Positions 1 through 9,275 of a stretch of 64,000 nucleotides of DNA are shown here, piece after piece; position 1 is the stretch's first letter, and each line of letters opens with the position of its first letter. A model generated the notes under the pieces. That model had not been told where the DNA came from. It was given only the letters and a program-made list of their open reading frames with translations, and ran no database searches. Source of the DNA: Alphaproteobacteria bacterium (GTDB lineage: Bacteria > Pseudomonadota > Alphaproteobacteria > Micavibrionales > Micavibrionaceae); assembly GCA_020442385.1 (NCBI GenBank), contig JAGRKE010000015.1:34170-98169 (forward strand), written 5' to 3'. A program made the position numbers and the translations under genes.

Positions 1-478
1 CTATATAGATCAGAACCTCGTTCACGCCTTCCTCGAAAAAACGCGGGCCGTACACTTCGAAATCTGACCCGAATTGACGGTTCAAATCAGAGGACCATAT
101 GGCTGTCCAAGTCTCAACAAGGGTTTGCGGCTGCGGCCCTGATGCGCTCATGACACCATATTGACCCGCATGAACCGAGACGGCATGCATCGAATCAGGG
201 ATGTTTTCGGGGGAATTTACCTTGTATCCGATAGTGATACGATACGGATAGGAATGATCGCCTTCATAGTCTGAATAGACCGCGTAAATCACATCATCCA
301 CTTTAGACGATAGATTTTGGCCAACGCTATCTTTAAAAAATCTTTCCCACAACTTATTGATATCGTCGGCCGCCTGACCGTCTTTATTGGTCGTTACGGT
401 GGACACGCCAACCACGGTGAAGGGCTGTACGTCTTCTAATCCGGCGTGAACGTCGTAAGTTTGCGCTTGGCTGCTCAT
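1..478 (-). CDS. GyrI-like / AraC-effector-binding-domain family small-molecule-binding protein (C-terminus cut by window edge)
   Basis: Missing from the ORF track because it has no stop inside the window. Manual translation from ATG 478-476 gives [54 protein letters not shown]...YRITIGYKV...[11 protein letters not shown]...[16 protein letters not shown]. That is 159 codons with no stop. The ATG overlaps the trpB TGA (ATGA). The family call rests on remembered sequence character only. Confidence 0.5.
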   Translation of the reverse strand, partial: MSSQAQTYDVHAGLEDVQPFTVVGVSTVTTNKDGQAADDINKLWERFFKDSVGQNLSSKVDDVIYAVYSDYEGDHSYPYRITIGYKVNSPENIPDSMHAVSVHAGQYGVMSASGPQPQTLVETWTAIWSSDLNRQFGSDFEVYGPRFFEEGVNEVLIYI

Positions 479-1710
479 AGATCGACCCCCAATTTTTCTG
501 CCACGGTGAAGATATCCTTATCGCCTCGCCCGCACATATTCATCACGATAATGTGGTCTTTGGGCAGTTGCGGCGCGATTTTCATGACATGGGCGAAGGC
601 GTGGGCGGGCTCCAGCGCCGGGATAATGCCTTCTAGCTTGGTGCAGAGCTGAAACCCCTCCAGCGCTTCCTCATCGGTCACCGACACATATTCAACGCGC
701 TTTTGGTCGAACAGCCACGCATGTTCCGGCCCGATTCCGGGGTAATCCAGCCCGGCCGAGATGGAATGCGCCTCTTGGATCTGCCCGTCTTCATTTTGCA
801 GGAAATAGCTTTTCATGCCGTGCAAAATGCCGGGCGTTCCGCCATTCAGGCTGGCGGCGTGCTGATCGGTATCGGTGCCGTGGCCTCCGGCTTCTACCCC
901 GATCAGATTGACATCCGCATCATCTAAAAACGGGTGGAACAGGCCCATGGCGTTTGATCCGCCGCCAATCGCTGCGATGAGTGTATCGGGCAGGCGGCCT
1001 TCTTTCTCCATCATTTGATCGCGCAGCTCTGTGCCAATGACGGACTGGAATGTGCGTACCATCTCCGGGAAGGGGTGCGGGCCGGCCACTGTGCCGATCA
1101 GGTAATAGGTATCATGCACATTCGCCACCCAATCGCGCATCGCTTCATTCATCGCATCCTTGAGCGTGCCCGAGCCGCTTTCGACGCTGCGCACCTCTGC
1201 GCCCAGCAGCTTCATGCGGAAGACATTGGGCTTTTGGCGCTCAATATCGGTTTTGCCCATAAAGATCGTGCAGGGTAAATCAAACAGCGCACAGACCGTG
1301 GCCGTGGCGACCCCGTGTTGACCCGCTCCCGTTTCGGCGATAATACGCGTTTTTCCCATGCGCCGCGCGAGGAGCACCTGACCGATGCAATGATTAATTT
1401 TGTGCGCGCCGGTGTGATTGAGCTCATCGCGCTTGAAATACACTTTCGCGCCGTCAAGGTGCATGCTCGTCGCATTGGCGAAGTATAGCGGCGAGGGTCT
1501 GCCAATATAGTCTTTGGCCAGGGATTCAAATTCCTCCCAAAAGGCCTGATCCGCTTTTGCCTCTTTCCAAGCCTGCTCAACAGACAAGATCAGGGGCATT
1601 AAAGTCTCGGCAACATAGCGCCCGCCATAGGGGCCAAAATGTCCATCTTTATTCGGTTCGGACCGTAGCGTATTTTTGTTTTTCATGCCCTGAATCTCTA
1701 ATTTTTTCAA
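475..1710 (-). CDS. trpB: tryptophan synthase beta chain
   Basis: 411-aa ORF with [39 protein letters not shown] and GGGSNAMG, typical of PLP-dependent TrpB. Confidence 0.97.
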   Translation of the reverse strand: MKKLEIQGMKNKNTLRSEPNKDGHFGPYGGRYVAETLMPLILSVEQAWKEAKADQAFWEEFESLAKDYIGRPSPLYFANATSMHLDGAKVYFKRDELNHTGAHKINHCIGQVLLARRMGKTRIIAETGAGQHGVATATVCALFDLPCTIFMGKTDIERQKPNVFRMKLLGAEVRSVESGSGTLKDAMNEAMRDWVANVHDTYYLIGTVAGPHPFPEMVRTFQSVIGTELRDQMMEKEGRLPDTLIAAIGGGSNAMGLFHPFLDDADVNLIGVEAGGHGTDTDQHAASLNGGTPGILHGMKSYFLQNEDGQIQEAHSISAGLDYPGIGPEHAWLFDQKRVEYVSVTDEEALEGFQLCTKLEGIIPALEPAHAFAHVMKIAPQLPKDHIIVMNMCGRGDKDIFTVAEKLGVDL

Positions 1711-1770
1711 TTACAGGGCGTTTATAGTATGTTTTAAGTCGCCTGAGAACCCCTTGTTTGTCTTTAAACT

Positions 1771-2349
1771 TTAGTAATTTAAGGATAGTCCAAACTGGAC
1801 CGCACCTTTTGTATTGGCGCCGACTGTGGTTTCCAGATTTTTTGCAATTTTGTAGCGGATATGCGCGGCAACATTGGTGGCTTTGCGCAAATTTTTATCA
1901 GCGTCGATAATGAGACGTCCGCCAACACGGCTTCCGTTTTGTGGGTTCACATTCACGATGCTTCTGAACCCGTCCACCAGTGATCCGCCGTTTAATTTGG
2001 TTGTGGGGCCGACATTGACGTTCAAATCTTTATTGCCCCAATGACCCATGAGAGAGGCGAGTGGCACAACAGGTTTTCCGTCTATGCCGATATTGGTGGG
2101 TTGCGTCACGACCAGACCCATAACACCAAATCCTTTTGATTTTTGATGCTTCAAAATATTGGCTGATAAAATATTCACCGTGGGCTCTGACAAATTTGTG
2201 TCAGATAGGCCCCAAACCATGCCTTTATAAATCAAGCCGCTTTTGGGCTTCTCGGGTGTGGGTTCGGTTTTTTCTTGTGCAAATGTCGGGCTCAATGACG
2301 TCAGGCTAGTCATACTGGCCAACATAAATGTAGGTATTAATTTGCTCAT
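1771..2349 (-). CDS. secreted / small outer-membrane beta-barrel-like protein, family unknown
   Basis: 192 aa. Signal-like N-terminus MSKLIPTFMLASMTSLTSLSPTFAQE. Gly/Asn/Thr-rich alternating pattern and a C-terminal ...QFGLSLNY aromatic end. Confidence 0.5.
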   Translation of the reverse strand: MSKLIPTFMLASMTSLTSLSPTFAQEKTEPTPEKPKSGLIYKGMVWGLSDTNLSEPTVNILSANILKHQKSKGFGVMGLVVTQPTNIGIDGKPVVPLASLMGHWGNKDLNVNVGPTTKLNGGSLVDGFRSIVNVNPQNGSRVGGRLIIDADKNLRKATNVAAHIRYKIAKNLETTVGANTKGAVQFGLSLNY

Positions 2350-2474
2350 AAGTGTTCTCCATACGCAGTTTTTGCTTAATTACAGGCTAATTATTATTCA
2401 TAATATAAATATATGCAAATATATGTCGTGACAATTCGACAACTAGTGTTGTAAAATTACGACAACACGACCTA

Positions 2475-3317
2475 TTGTTTTTTGAAGGTAAGCTTATGAT
2501 TCAAGACATGTTTGAAACGCTCGGTATTAAGGAAGAAGAGTCCAAAACCTATATATCCTTGCTGGAAAAGGGCCCCTCAGCAGCGGGAGATCTTGCCAAA
2601 TCCATGGGGTTGCCGCGCCCAACGCTCTATGGGTATTTGGAGCGCTTATGTGCTGTGGGATTGGTGACCCAGAGTATGCGCCGCGGTGTAAAAATTTTCG
2701 TTCCTGAGCCGGCGGATAAAATCCGCGTGCTTTACAAACGTAAAATCGAGGATTTGAAAGCGAGAGAAAAAACGCTTGATTCAATTATTCCGACGCTGGA
2801 GAAGAAGGCCGGTCTCAGTCTTATGCGCCCACGGATGCAGTTTTTCGAAGGGCGCGATGGGATGGAAACGGCGCTGCAGGATCATTTGGCATACGAAGGT
2901 TTAACCATGCTGGCTTTTTGGTCGATTAAGGCGGCGATTGAAGCGACATCAGAAGATTTTTGGTGGTATCTGAATAAGGAGCGTATCAAAAAAGATATGT
3001 CTTTAAAGGGGATTTGGCCGCCCGAGCAAGCGGTGGATGTGAAACGTTATCCTTTTATGGGGGTGGGGCCGGAATTTAAGCGTGAAATTCGCGTTGCGCC
3101 GGAAGGGATTGAATCCTCGATGGGGTATTGGATATATGCCAATAAAGTATTCTTTGCTTCATCCCGTGCGGAAAGTTTTTGTTTCATCATTGAAAGTAGC
3201 GAGCTGGTGCAGATGATGAGTAACCAGCACCGCGTGATCTGGGATTTATCCACGCCCATAACGCCTGCCGCGGCGGATATGAAACCGTTCCTTGATGATC
3301 TCTATGCAGAAGATTAA
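2475..3317 (+). CDS. TrmB-family transcriptional regulator
   Basis: Winged-helix region ESKTYISLLEKGPSAAGDLAKSMGLPRPTLYGYLERLCAVGLV. The track start is TTG 2475; ATG 2496 (MIQDMFETLG) is the more likely start. Confidence 0.7.
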   Translation: MFFEGKLMIQDMFETLGIKEEESKTYISLLEKGPSAAGDLAKSMGLPRPTLYGYLERLCAVGLVTQSMRRGVKIFVPEPADKIRVLYKRKIEDLKAREKTLDSIIPTLEKKAGLSLMRPRMQFFEGRDGMETALQDHLAYEGLTMLAFWSIKAAIEATSEDFWWYLNKERIKKDMSLKGIWPPEQAVDVKRYPFMGVGPEFKREIRVAPEGIESSMGYWIYANKVFFASSRAESFCFIIESSELVQMMSNQHRVIWDLSTPITPAAADMKPFLDDLYAED

Positions 3318-4315
3318 AATCTATAAATTAAAACCGTGTTCCCTATATAAGAGAGTTTGTCGTTAATTTTAATCGTTCCGCCGCCGATTTGAGCGGCCCA
3401 GTTTTTAGCTTTATAAGTTATAAATCCTTCCAAAGCCTCGTTATCGTTTTCTATTCCGGCAGCGGCGCGCCAGCCAAAGTTGTTTTTCAAGGGCCCGCTT
3501 GCCTGCCCCATAACAACGTAGCTTGTGCTTTGCATCTTAGTATTTTGTTTTAGGTTTCGTATAATGTTGTATTCAACTTCACCAAGCGCCAGTACTGAAA
3601 CAGGGCCCAAATTCTTGCCGAGATGCGTGGCGATATAATGGGTTTCTTGTTTTTGGCCGGTTCGCCCTTCGCCGAAGTTGGTAAAGTTATAGTTTGTTGT
3701 TATGAGGATATCGAAGGGCATTGTATAAGAAGTTTGTCCGCCCAAGGCCCAGACAACAGTCTGATATCCTGCTTCTTCGTTTTGTTCTGCATTACCAAGT
3801 TCTGCGATCCGTGTGCCCCCGATACCATGGAGCCTGACTTCGGACTTTTCGGAGATGTTCTTTGTCCACTGTATTTGTCCGCCGAGAATGCCGCTTTGGA
3901 TAGTTAATTTATCGCCCAGATAAGCGCCTGGTAGCCCGTTATCAAACTCAGCCCCTGAAATACGCTGGTTGAAAGGGGCAAATATTCCGGCCTTATATAT
4001 TAAATTTTCAGTATTATAGGCGAGCGTCGCAATTGAAGTTTGTATATTAAAATCAATCTCCCTGTTATTGCCAGCGCGCTCGACCAAGTCTGGTGAGAGC
4101 TGAAGTGCCCAGTTTCCTTTTTCAACATTGAGCACGAGTTCGGAATAGGAGAAATTTCCACCTCTGTCTCCGAGTTCCAACAATCCTCTTGAAAATCCGT
4201 TTATATTGACGGAGTCTTTTGGTGTTTCGCTTTGTTGCGCACGTACAGCGGCGTTAAAAGCCAATGCGGCCAGAGGAAATACGGTCCATTTTTTTAATGT
4301 GTTACGCAGATTCAT
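3314..4315 (-). CDS. outer-membrane beta-barrel (porin-like) protein
   Basis: 333 aa. Signal peptide MNLRNTLKKWTVFPLAALAFNAAVRAQQ, alternating beta-strand pattern and terminal ...LIYRF. Its stop overlaps the convergent TrmB stop (TTAA). Confidence 0.55.
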   Translation of the reverse strand: MNLRNTLKKWTVFPLAALAFNAAVRAQQSETPKDSVNINGFSRGLLELGDRGGNFSYSELVLNVEKGNWALQLSPDLVERAGNNREIDFNIQTSIATLAYNTENLIYKAGIFAPFNQRISGAEFDNGLPGAYLGDKLTIQSGILGGQIQWTKNISEKSEVRLHGIGGTRIAELGNAEQNEEAGYQTVVWALGGQTSYTMPFDILITTNYNFTNFGEGRTGQKQETHYIATHLGKNLGPVSVLALGEVEYNIIRNLKQNTKMQSTSYVVMGQASGPLKNNFGWRAAAGIENDNEALEGFITYKAKNWAAQIGGGTIKINDKLSYIGNTVLIYRF

Positions 4316-4399
4316 AAAATATCCTTATAAAGATAATTATGGCAATTTATAGGGAGGGTTTCGAAAAAGCAAGAAATTTAGTATGTAAAATATCTATGT

Positions 4400-5029
4400 T
4401 TATTTTACGATATTGATAAAAGCTTTTATTTTCTCAATATCCTTAACGCCTTTTTCGCGCTCAACGCCCGAAGAAACATCGATGGCTTTTGGGTTCAAGA
4501 TTGCGAGCGCCTGTGCAACATTTTCGGAATTGAGCCCGCCCGAGAGCATCCAAGGCGTTTGAATAGCAAGTTCGTTCAAGATTGACCAGTCAAAAATCTG
4601 CCCTGTGCCGCCGGGCAGTGATGCATTTTCGGGTTTTGCATCAAAGAGCATCCAATCGGCATATAGGGTATATTGTCCTATATCCTCAATATCAGATCGT
4701 GACCCGACCTGAATCGCTTTTATAAGGGGCAGGCCGAATTTGTCTTTAATCTCTTTCAGGCGCATTGGCGATTCAGACCCGTGCACTTGAACCATGTCCA
4801 GCGGCGCATGCTTTAAGACATTTTCGATGTCCGCATCGCTGGGGTCCACAAATAACCCGACGCGCTGTACGTGTTTTGGAATATGGGCGCTTAAGGCGGC
4901 GGCGATTTCGGGTGTAATGGCGCGCGGTGAGGGCGGGTAAAATACAAAACCAATGAAATCCGCTCCGGCTTCAACGGCGCTTATAACGGTATCTTGGGTG
5001 CTTAGGCCGCATATTTTGACCAAAGTCAT
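4400..5029 (-). CDS. trpF: phosphoribosylanthranilate isomerase
   Basis: 209 aa. MTLVKICGLSTQDTV... N-terminus and overall TrpF-like sequence. ATGA-type overlap with pyrF. Confidence 0.93.
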   Translation of the reverse strand: MTLVKICGLSTQDTVISAVEAGADFIGFVFYPPSPRAITPEIAAALSAHIPKHVQRVGLFVDPSDADIENVLKHAPLDMVQVHGSESPMRLKEIKDKFGLPLIKAIQVGSRSDIEDIGQYTLYADWMLFDAKPENASLPGGTGQIFDWSILNELAIQTPWMLSGGLNSENVAQALAILNPKAIDVSSGVEREKGVKDIEKIKAFINIVK

Positions 5030-5730
5030 GATGATGCGATCTCATCCAGAATAGCCCTAGCGGCGGCGGCAGGGTCCGGGGCCTGCGTAATCGGGCGGCC
5101 AATCACCAGATGGGTTGCGCCTGCGGCCAAAGCTTCGCTCGGGCCCATAACACGCTTTTGGTCGCCTTTATCCGCTCCGGCGGGTCGGATACCGGGAACC
5201 ATCAACTCGAAATCCGGGCCGCAGCTCTCACGCAGTAGCGCAATTTCCAGTGCTGAACAAACAACACCATCCAGACCGCTTTCCTTGGTTAGTCGCGCGA
5301 GGCGTTTCACGGAATCGGCCACCGTCTGCCCCTCATACCCGACAGCGCGCAGCTGCGCGTGGTCCAGTGAGGTTAAAATGGTTACGGCCAGCAGCTTTGT
5401 TCCGGGGGCGCACGCGTCCTTGGCGGCGCGCATCATCTCCGCTCCGCCCGCGGCATGTACATTAAGATAAGCGGGGGCAAAGCGCGCACAAACGCTGCGC
5501 ACCGCGCCCGCCACAGTATTGGGGATGTCATGGAATTTTAAATCGATAAACAGTGCCGCTTCGGGGCAGGCTTCCTGCACGGCTTCAATCCCTTGCGGGC
5601 CAAAGCTGTTGACGAACTCCATACCGACCTTCAGCGCGCCTGTAACGGGGCCTACACGCGCCGCCAAATCTTTGGCGCGCTCCAGATTATCTGTGTCCAA
5701 GGCACAGAATATGCGTGATTCAGAAGTCAT
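5026..5730 (-). CDS. pyrF: orotidine 5-prime-phosphate decarboxylase
   Basis: 234 aa with IFCALDTDNLERA and FIDLKFHDIPNTV motifs. Confidence 0.95.
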   Translation of the reverse strand: MTSESRIFCALDTDNLERAKDLAARVGPVTGALKVGMEFVNSFGPQGIEAVQEACPEAALFIDLKFHDIPNTVAGAVRSVCARFAPAYLNVHAAGGAEMMRAAKDACAPGTKLLAVTILTSLDHAQLRAVGYEGQTVADSVKRLARLTKESGLDGVVCSALEIALLRESCGPDFELMVPGIRPAGADKGDQKRVMGPSEALAAGATHLVIGRPITQAPDPAAAARAILDEIASS

Positions 5731-5742
5731 GGGGCTAGTTAT

Positions 5743-6081
5743 CTATTTTTTGAACGCTTTTGGCAAGGCCGGAAAGAAATCTGATGGAGGCGCGTCGCTG
5801 TCATTGGGTGCGTGGGTTTCCTCCAGCTCTTTTTGCAGCTTAGAGATTTCCTTACGCTGGCGGCAGCGTTCACGCCGTGCCTTGCCTTCATTGATCCAAA
5901 CCATCATCGAGCCGATGACAAAGCCAAAGCTCATCAGGCCCAAAGCCACAATAAACAGCGGCAGCTCCAGCGCCGGAGTAAAGGGCGTGTAATAGACTTC
6001 AATTGTATGAAGATTGGCCGCGGCAAACACCAGTACGGCTATCGTGATCAGAAAGCCTACAATCGTGCGGATTAAAGTCAT
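5743..6081 (-). CDS. LapA/DUF1049-family inner-membrane protein
   Basis: 112 aa with two TM helices, then a charged coiled tail KARRERCRQRKEISKLQKELEE. It sits in the conserved alphaproteobacterial position between ihfB and pyrF. Confidence 0.7.
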   Translation of the reverse strand: MTLIRTIVGFLITIAVLVFAAANLHTIEVYYTPFTPALELPLFIVALGLMSFGFVIGSMMVWINEGKARRERCRQRKEISKLQKELEETHAPNDSDAPPSDFFPALPKAFKK

Positions 6082-6105
6082 GGTTTTTTATATAAGATGC
6101 GCGGC

Positions 6106-6435
6106 CTAGTACCAGCTATCTTCGGATTGTGAAGACGAATCGTCGTGTGATGCCAGATCTTTATTCAGATCTTCGCGCAGGGCCTTCCCTGTTTTAAAGA
6201 ATGGCAGGCGCTTGGCCTCCACTTCAACGGTTTCACCTGTGCGTGGGTTACGGCCTGTGCGGGAATCGCGATGTTTGACAGAGAACGCTCCAAAGCCACG
6301 AAGCTCTACACGGTCGCCTTGCACTAAGGCTTGTGTGATTTTTTCAAAAACCGTTTCAACGATTTTTTCGATATCACGCAAATACAAATGCGGGTTGCGT
6401 TCGGCGAGGCGTTGGATGAGTTCTGATTTTGTCAT
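6106..6435 (-). CDS. ihfB: integration host factor beta subunit
   Basis: [11 protein letters not shown]...[47 protein letters not shown] closely parallels E. coli IhfB. It has an extra acidic/Ser tail. Confidence 0.95.
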   Translation of the reverse strand: MTKSELIQRLAERNPHLYLRDIEKIVETVFEKITQALVQGDRVELRGFGAFSVKHRDSRTGRNPRTGETVEVEAKRLPFFKTGKALREDLNKDLASHDDSSSQSEDSWY

Positions 6436-6614
6436 GACCTTTGTCGTCCTTTTTCAGGGGGCTGTTTTGCGCCCGTGAATCAAAATTTCGTGTTCGAATA
6501 GGGATAGATTGCCTTATTAAGACGCCTTGCGTCAAGAAAAACAGCAGGGGAAAATATTGATTGATAAGGATTTTTTCAAAAAACAGCGTAAAAAACCCTC
6601 GAAACAAAGCGGAA

Positions 6615-6650
6615 ATAAAAAAGCCGGTCTGTAAAAAACCGGCTTTTTTG
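6615..6650 (-). terminator. intrinsic terminator after rpsA (bidirectional shape)
   Basis: 8-bp stem AAGCCGGT (6621-6628) / ACCGGCTT (6638-6645) flanked by an A-run and a T-run, about 20 nt downstream of the rpsA stop. Confidence 0.75.
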
Positions 6651-6670
6651 AATTTGTATGAGGTGCGATT

Positions 6671-8470
6671 CTATTCTTCGCTGGCCTCTTCGTCTTTCTT
6701 GGCAGCGGCTTTCTTCTTGGGTGCTGCTTTTTTCTTTGGCTTGTCTTCGGCTTTTGCCGCGTCGCCGCCTTGGTTTTCCTTCAGCGCTTCGCCCAGGATA
6801 TCACCAAGTGATGCACCGCTTTCGGTTGATCCGAATTCTTTCATCGCTTGCTTATCTTCATCGATTTCGCGTGCTTTGATAGACAGGCTCAGATTGCGGG
6901 TCTTCTTGTCCATGCCGATGATCTTCGCATCAACCTTTTCACCAACGGCGAAACGGTCGGGACGTTGCTCGGAACGCTCACGCGACAGGTCAGCTTTCTT
7001 AATGCGGCCAGAAACGTTCTCGTTTATTTCAACATCAACATAGGTCTTGCCGATTTCAGTCACAGTTCCTGTAACCACGCTGCCCTTCTTCAGGCCATCC
7101 ATAGAGCCTTCAAACGGGTCGTCTGTCAGCTGCTTGATACCCAGAGCCACGCGCTCCTTCTCAGGGTCCATATCCAGGATTTTTACCTTGACCATGTCAC
7201 CTTTGTTGAAGGTCTTCAGCACCTCTTCGCTATCATCTTCCCATGAAGCGTCAGAGAAGTGGACCATGCCGTCAATATCGCCGGACATGCCAACAAACAG
7301 ACCGAATTCGGTGATATTGCGAATTTCGCCTTCGATTTCCTGACCCACCTTGTGGTCCTTGGCGAATTGCTCCCACGGATTGTCCTGTGTTTGCTTGATG
7401 CCCAGAGAAATGCGGCGTTTTTCTTCATCCACTTCCAGAATAACCACGTCAACTTCCTGAGAGGTTGAAACGATTTTGCCCGGATGGGTGTTTTTCTTGG
7501 TCCATGACATTTCAGAGACGTGAACCAGACCTTCGATACCGTTCTCCAGCTCAACGAACGCGCCGTAATCAGCAATGTTTGTTACGCGGCCAGTGATCTT
7601 GTCGCCAACATTGTATTTGCCGGCTATATCGGCCCATGGATCATCGTCCAGTTGCTTCATGCCCAGCGAGATACGGCCGTTATCTTCGTTGAAACGGATT
7701 ACCTGAACATCGATGCTCTGACCAATTTGTAGAACTTCTGAGGGGTGGTTCACACGCTTCCAAGAGATGTCCGTCACGTGCAACAGACCGTCAACACCCC
7801 CCAGATCAACGAACGCGCCGTAATCTGTGATGTTTTTAACAACGCCCTGAAGAACCTGACCTTCGCTCAGATCGTCCAACAACTCGTTGCGGGCTTCGGC
7901 GCGGCTTTCTTCCAGAACGGCGCGGCGTGACACAACGATGTTGCCGCGGGCGCGGTCCATCTTCAGAATGTGGAACGGCTGGGGCGTACCCATCAATGGG
8001 GATACGTCACGCACCGGGCGTATATCAACTTGTGAACCGGGCAGGAACGCAACCGCGCCGCCCAAATCAACGGTGAAACCGCCTTTAACACGACCGAAGA
8101 TAACGCCGGTAACGCGCTCTTCTTTATTGTGTGATTTTTCAAGCTCAACCCAAACTTCTTCGCGGCGGGCTTTTTCACGGGAAAGAACGGTATCACCGTT
8201 ACGGTTTTCCATTCTTTCAACGAACACCTCAACAACGTCACCGATTTTAATTTCGGAGTCATCGCCGGGCTTTGAGAATTCTTGTTTCGCGATACGTCCC
8301 TCAGATTTCAGACCGACATCAACGATCACAAAATCATTTTCAAGCGCAATGACGGTTCCGTTTACAACGGAGCCTGCGAATTGGTCTTGTCCTTTAAGGG
8401 ATTCTTCGAGAAGGGATGCAAACTCTTTTGAGTCTGTACTGTCCTGTAGTCTTGCAGCAACACTTGCCAT
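6671..8470 (-). CDS. rpsA: 30S ribosomal protein S1
   Basis: 599 aa with six S1 repeats (e.g. GQVLQGVVKNITDYGAFVDLGGVDGLLHVTDISW). It has a Lys/Ala-rich C-terminal tail. Confidence 0.97.
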   Translation of the reverse strand: MASVAARLQDSTDSKEFASLLEESLKGQDQFAGSVVNGTVIALENDFVIVDVGLKSEGRIAKQEFSKPGDDSEIKIGDVVEVFVERMENRNGDTVLSREKARREEVWVELEKSHNKEERVTGVIFGRVKGGFTVDLGGAVAFLPGSQVDIRPVRDVSPLMGTPQPFHILKMDRARGNIVVSRRAVLEESRAEARNELLDDLSEGQVLQGVVKNITDYGAFVDLGGVDGLLHVTDISWKRVNHPSEVLQIGQSIDVQVIRFNEDNGRISLGMKQLDDDPWADIAGKYNVGDKITGRVTNIADYGAFVELENGIEGLVHVSEMSWTKKNTHPGKIVSTSQEVDVVILEVDEEKRRISLGIKQTQDNPWEQFAKDHKVGQEIEGEIRNITEFGLFVGMSGDIDGMVHFSDASWEDDSEEVLKTFNKGDMVKVKILDMDPEKERVALGIKQLTDDPFEGSMDGLKKGSVVTGTVTEIGKTYVDVEINENVSGRIKKADLSRERSEQRPDRFAVGEKVDAKIIGMDKKTRNLSLSIKAREIDEDKQAMKEFGSTESGASLGDILGEALKENQGGDAAKAEDKPKKKAAPKKKAAAKKDEEASEE

Positions 8471-8540
8471 GGTTTTAGTCCTTTTTGACCAATCAGGGCT
8501 TTTTAAATATTGGGCCTGATAAGGTCGGTTAGAGTTTCAT

Positions 8541-8572
8541 GTGCTTTCACGAAACACCTGTTTCGTAAGCAC
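8541..8572 (-). promoter_or_regulatory. extended stem-loop in the cmk-rpsA spacer (candidate rpsA leader structure)
   Basis: Nested inverted repeats: GTGCTT (8541-8546) / AAGCAC (8567-8572) and ACGAAACA (8549-8556) / TGTTTCGT (8559-8566). No U-run follows on the minus strand, so it is not a classic terminator. Confidence 0.3.
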
Positions 8573-8603
8573 GTTTTGAAAAGATCTGGGCGAGGTATAC
8601 GCG

Positions 8604-9275
8604 TTAGATTTGGACTTTTTCTCTAATAATCTCAAGCGCTTGAGAGAGCATTTCCGCTTGCGTTAAAGCGCTGGTATCCAGCACATACGCATCAGGCGCT
8701 TGTTTCATTGGAGCCGCTGTGCGGGCCGTGTCACGCGCATCGCGCTCACGCATATCCTTCAAAACGGCCTCATATGTAACGTCAAGTCCGCGAGATTGCA
8801 ACTCTTTTGTGCGTCTTTGTGCGCGCACCTCATCATCGGCGGTGACGAAGATTTTGACATCCGCATCCGGGCATATGACCGTTCCGATGTCGCGTCCGTC
8901 CAAAACCGCGCCTTTATAGGGCCGCGGCGGGCTTGCGGCGAAGTCTTGTTGCAGGATATTCAGCGCCTCGCGCACCTTCGGGTATGCGGCGATGATTGAG
9001 GCTTTTTGCCCGATGCGGTCCTCACGCAAGGACGGCTTGCCCAAAATGTCATCCGGCATATCGGCGGCTTTGATTTTTTTGACCAAAATTTGCGCGGCCT
9101 TGAGGGCGTCTGTTTTGTCACGCGCGCTCATCCCCGCCTTAATCAGCTCATAGGCGCTCGCGCGGTACAGCGCGCCGGTATCCATATGCGCAAAGCCCAG
9201 CTCTTGTGCAATGGCGCGGGCCAATGTGCCCTTACCGCTGGCCGCCGGGCCATCTATGGCGATGACAATGCTCAT
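8604..9275 (-). CDS. cmk: cytidylate kinase
   Basis: 223 aa with IAIDGPAASGKGT P-loop and a Cmk-like body. Confidence 0.95.
   Translation of the reverse strand: MSIVIAIDGPAASGKGTLARAIAQELGFAHMDTGALYRASAYELIKAGMSARDKTDALKAAQILVKKIKAADMPDDILGKPSLREDRIGQKASIIAAYPKVREALNILQQDFAASPPRPYKGAVLDGRDIGTVICPDADVKIFVTADDEVRAQRRTKELQSRGLDVTYEAVLKDMRERDARDTARTAAPMKQAPDAYVLDTSALTQAEMLSQALEIIREKVQI

Noticed and set aside
3314-3317. Recurrent overlapping or abutting convergent stop codons: TTAA at 3314-3317 and 34720-34723, CTAA at 18469-18472, TAGCTA at 63039-63044.
   Set aside because: The pattern is real, but it is most simply genome compaction. TTAA and TAGCTA are self-complementary stop arrangements. 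I see no additional shared sequence suggesting a functional element.
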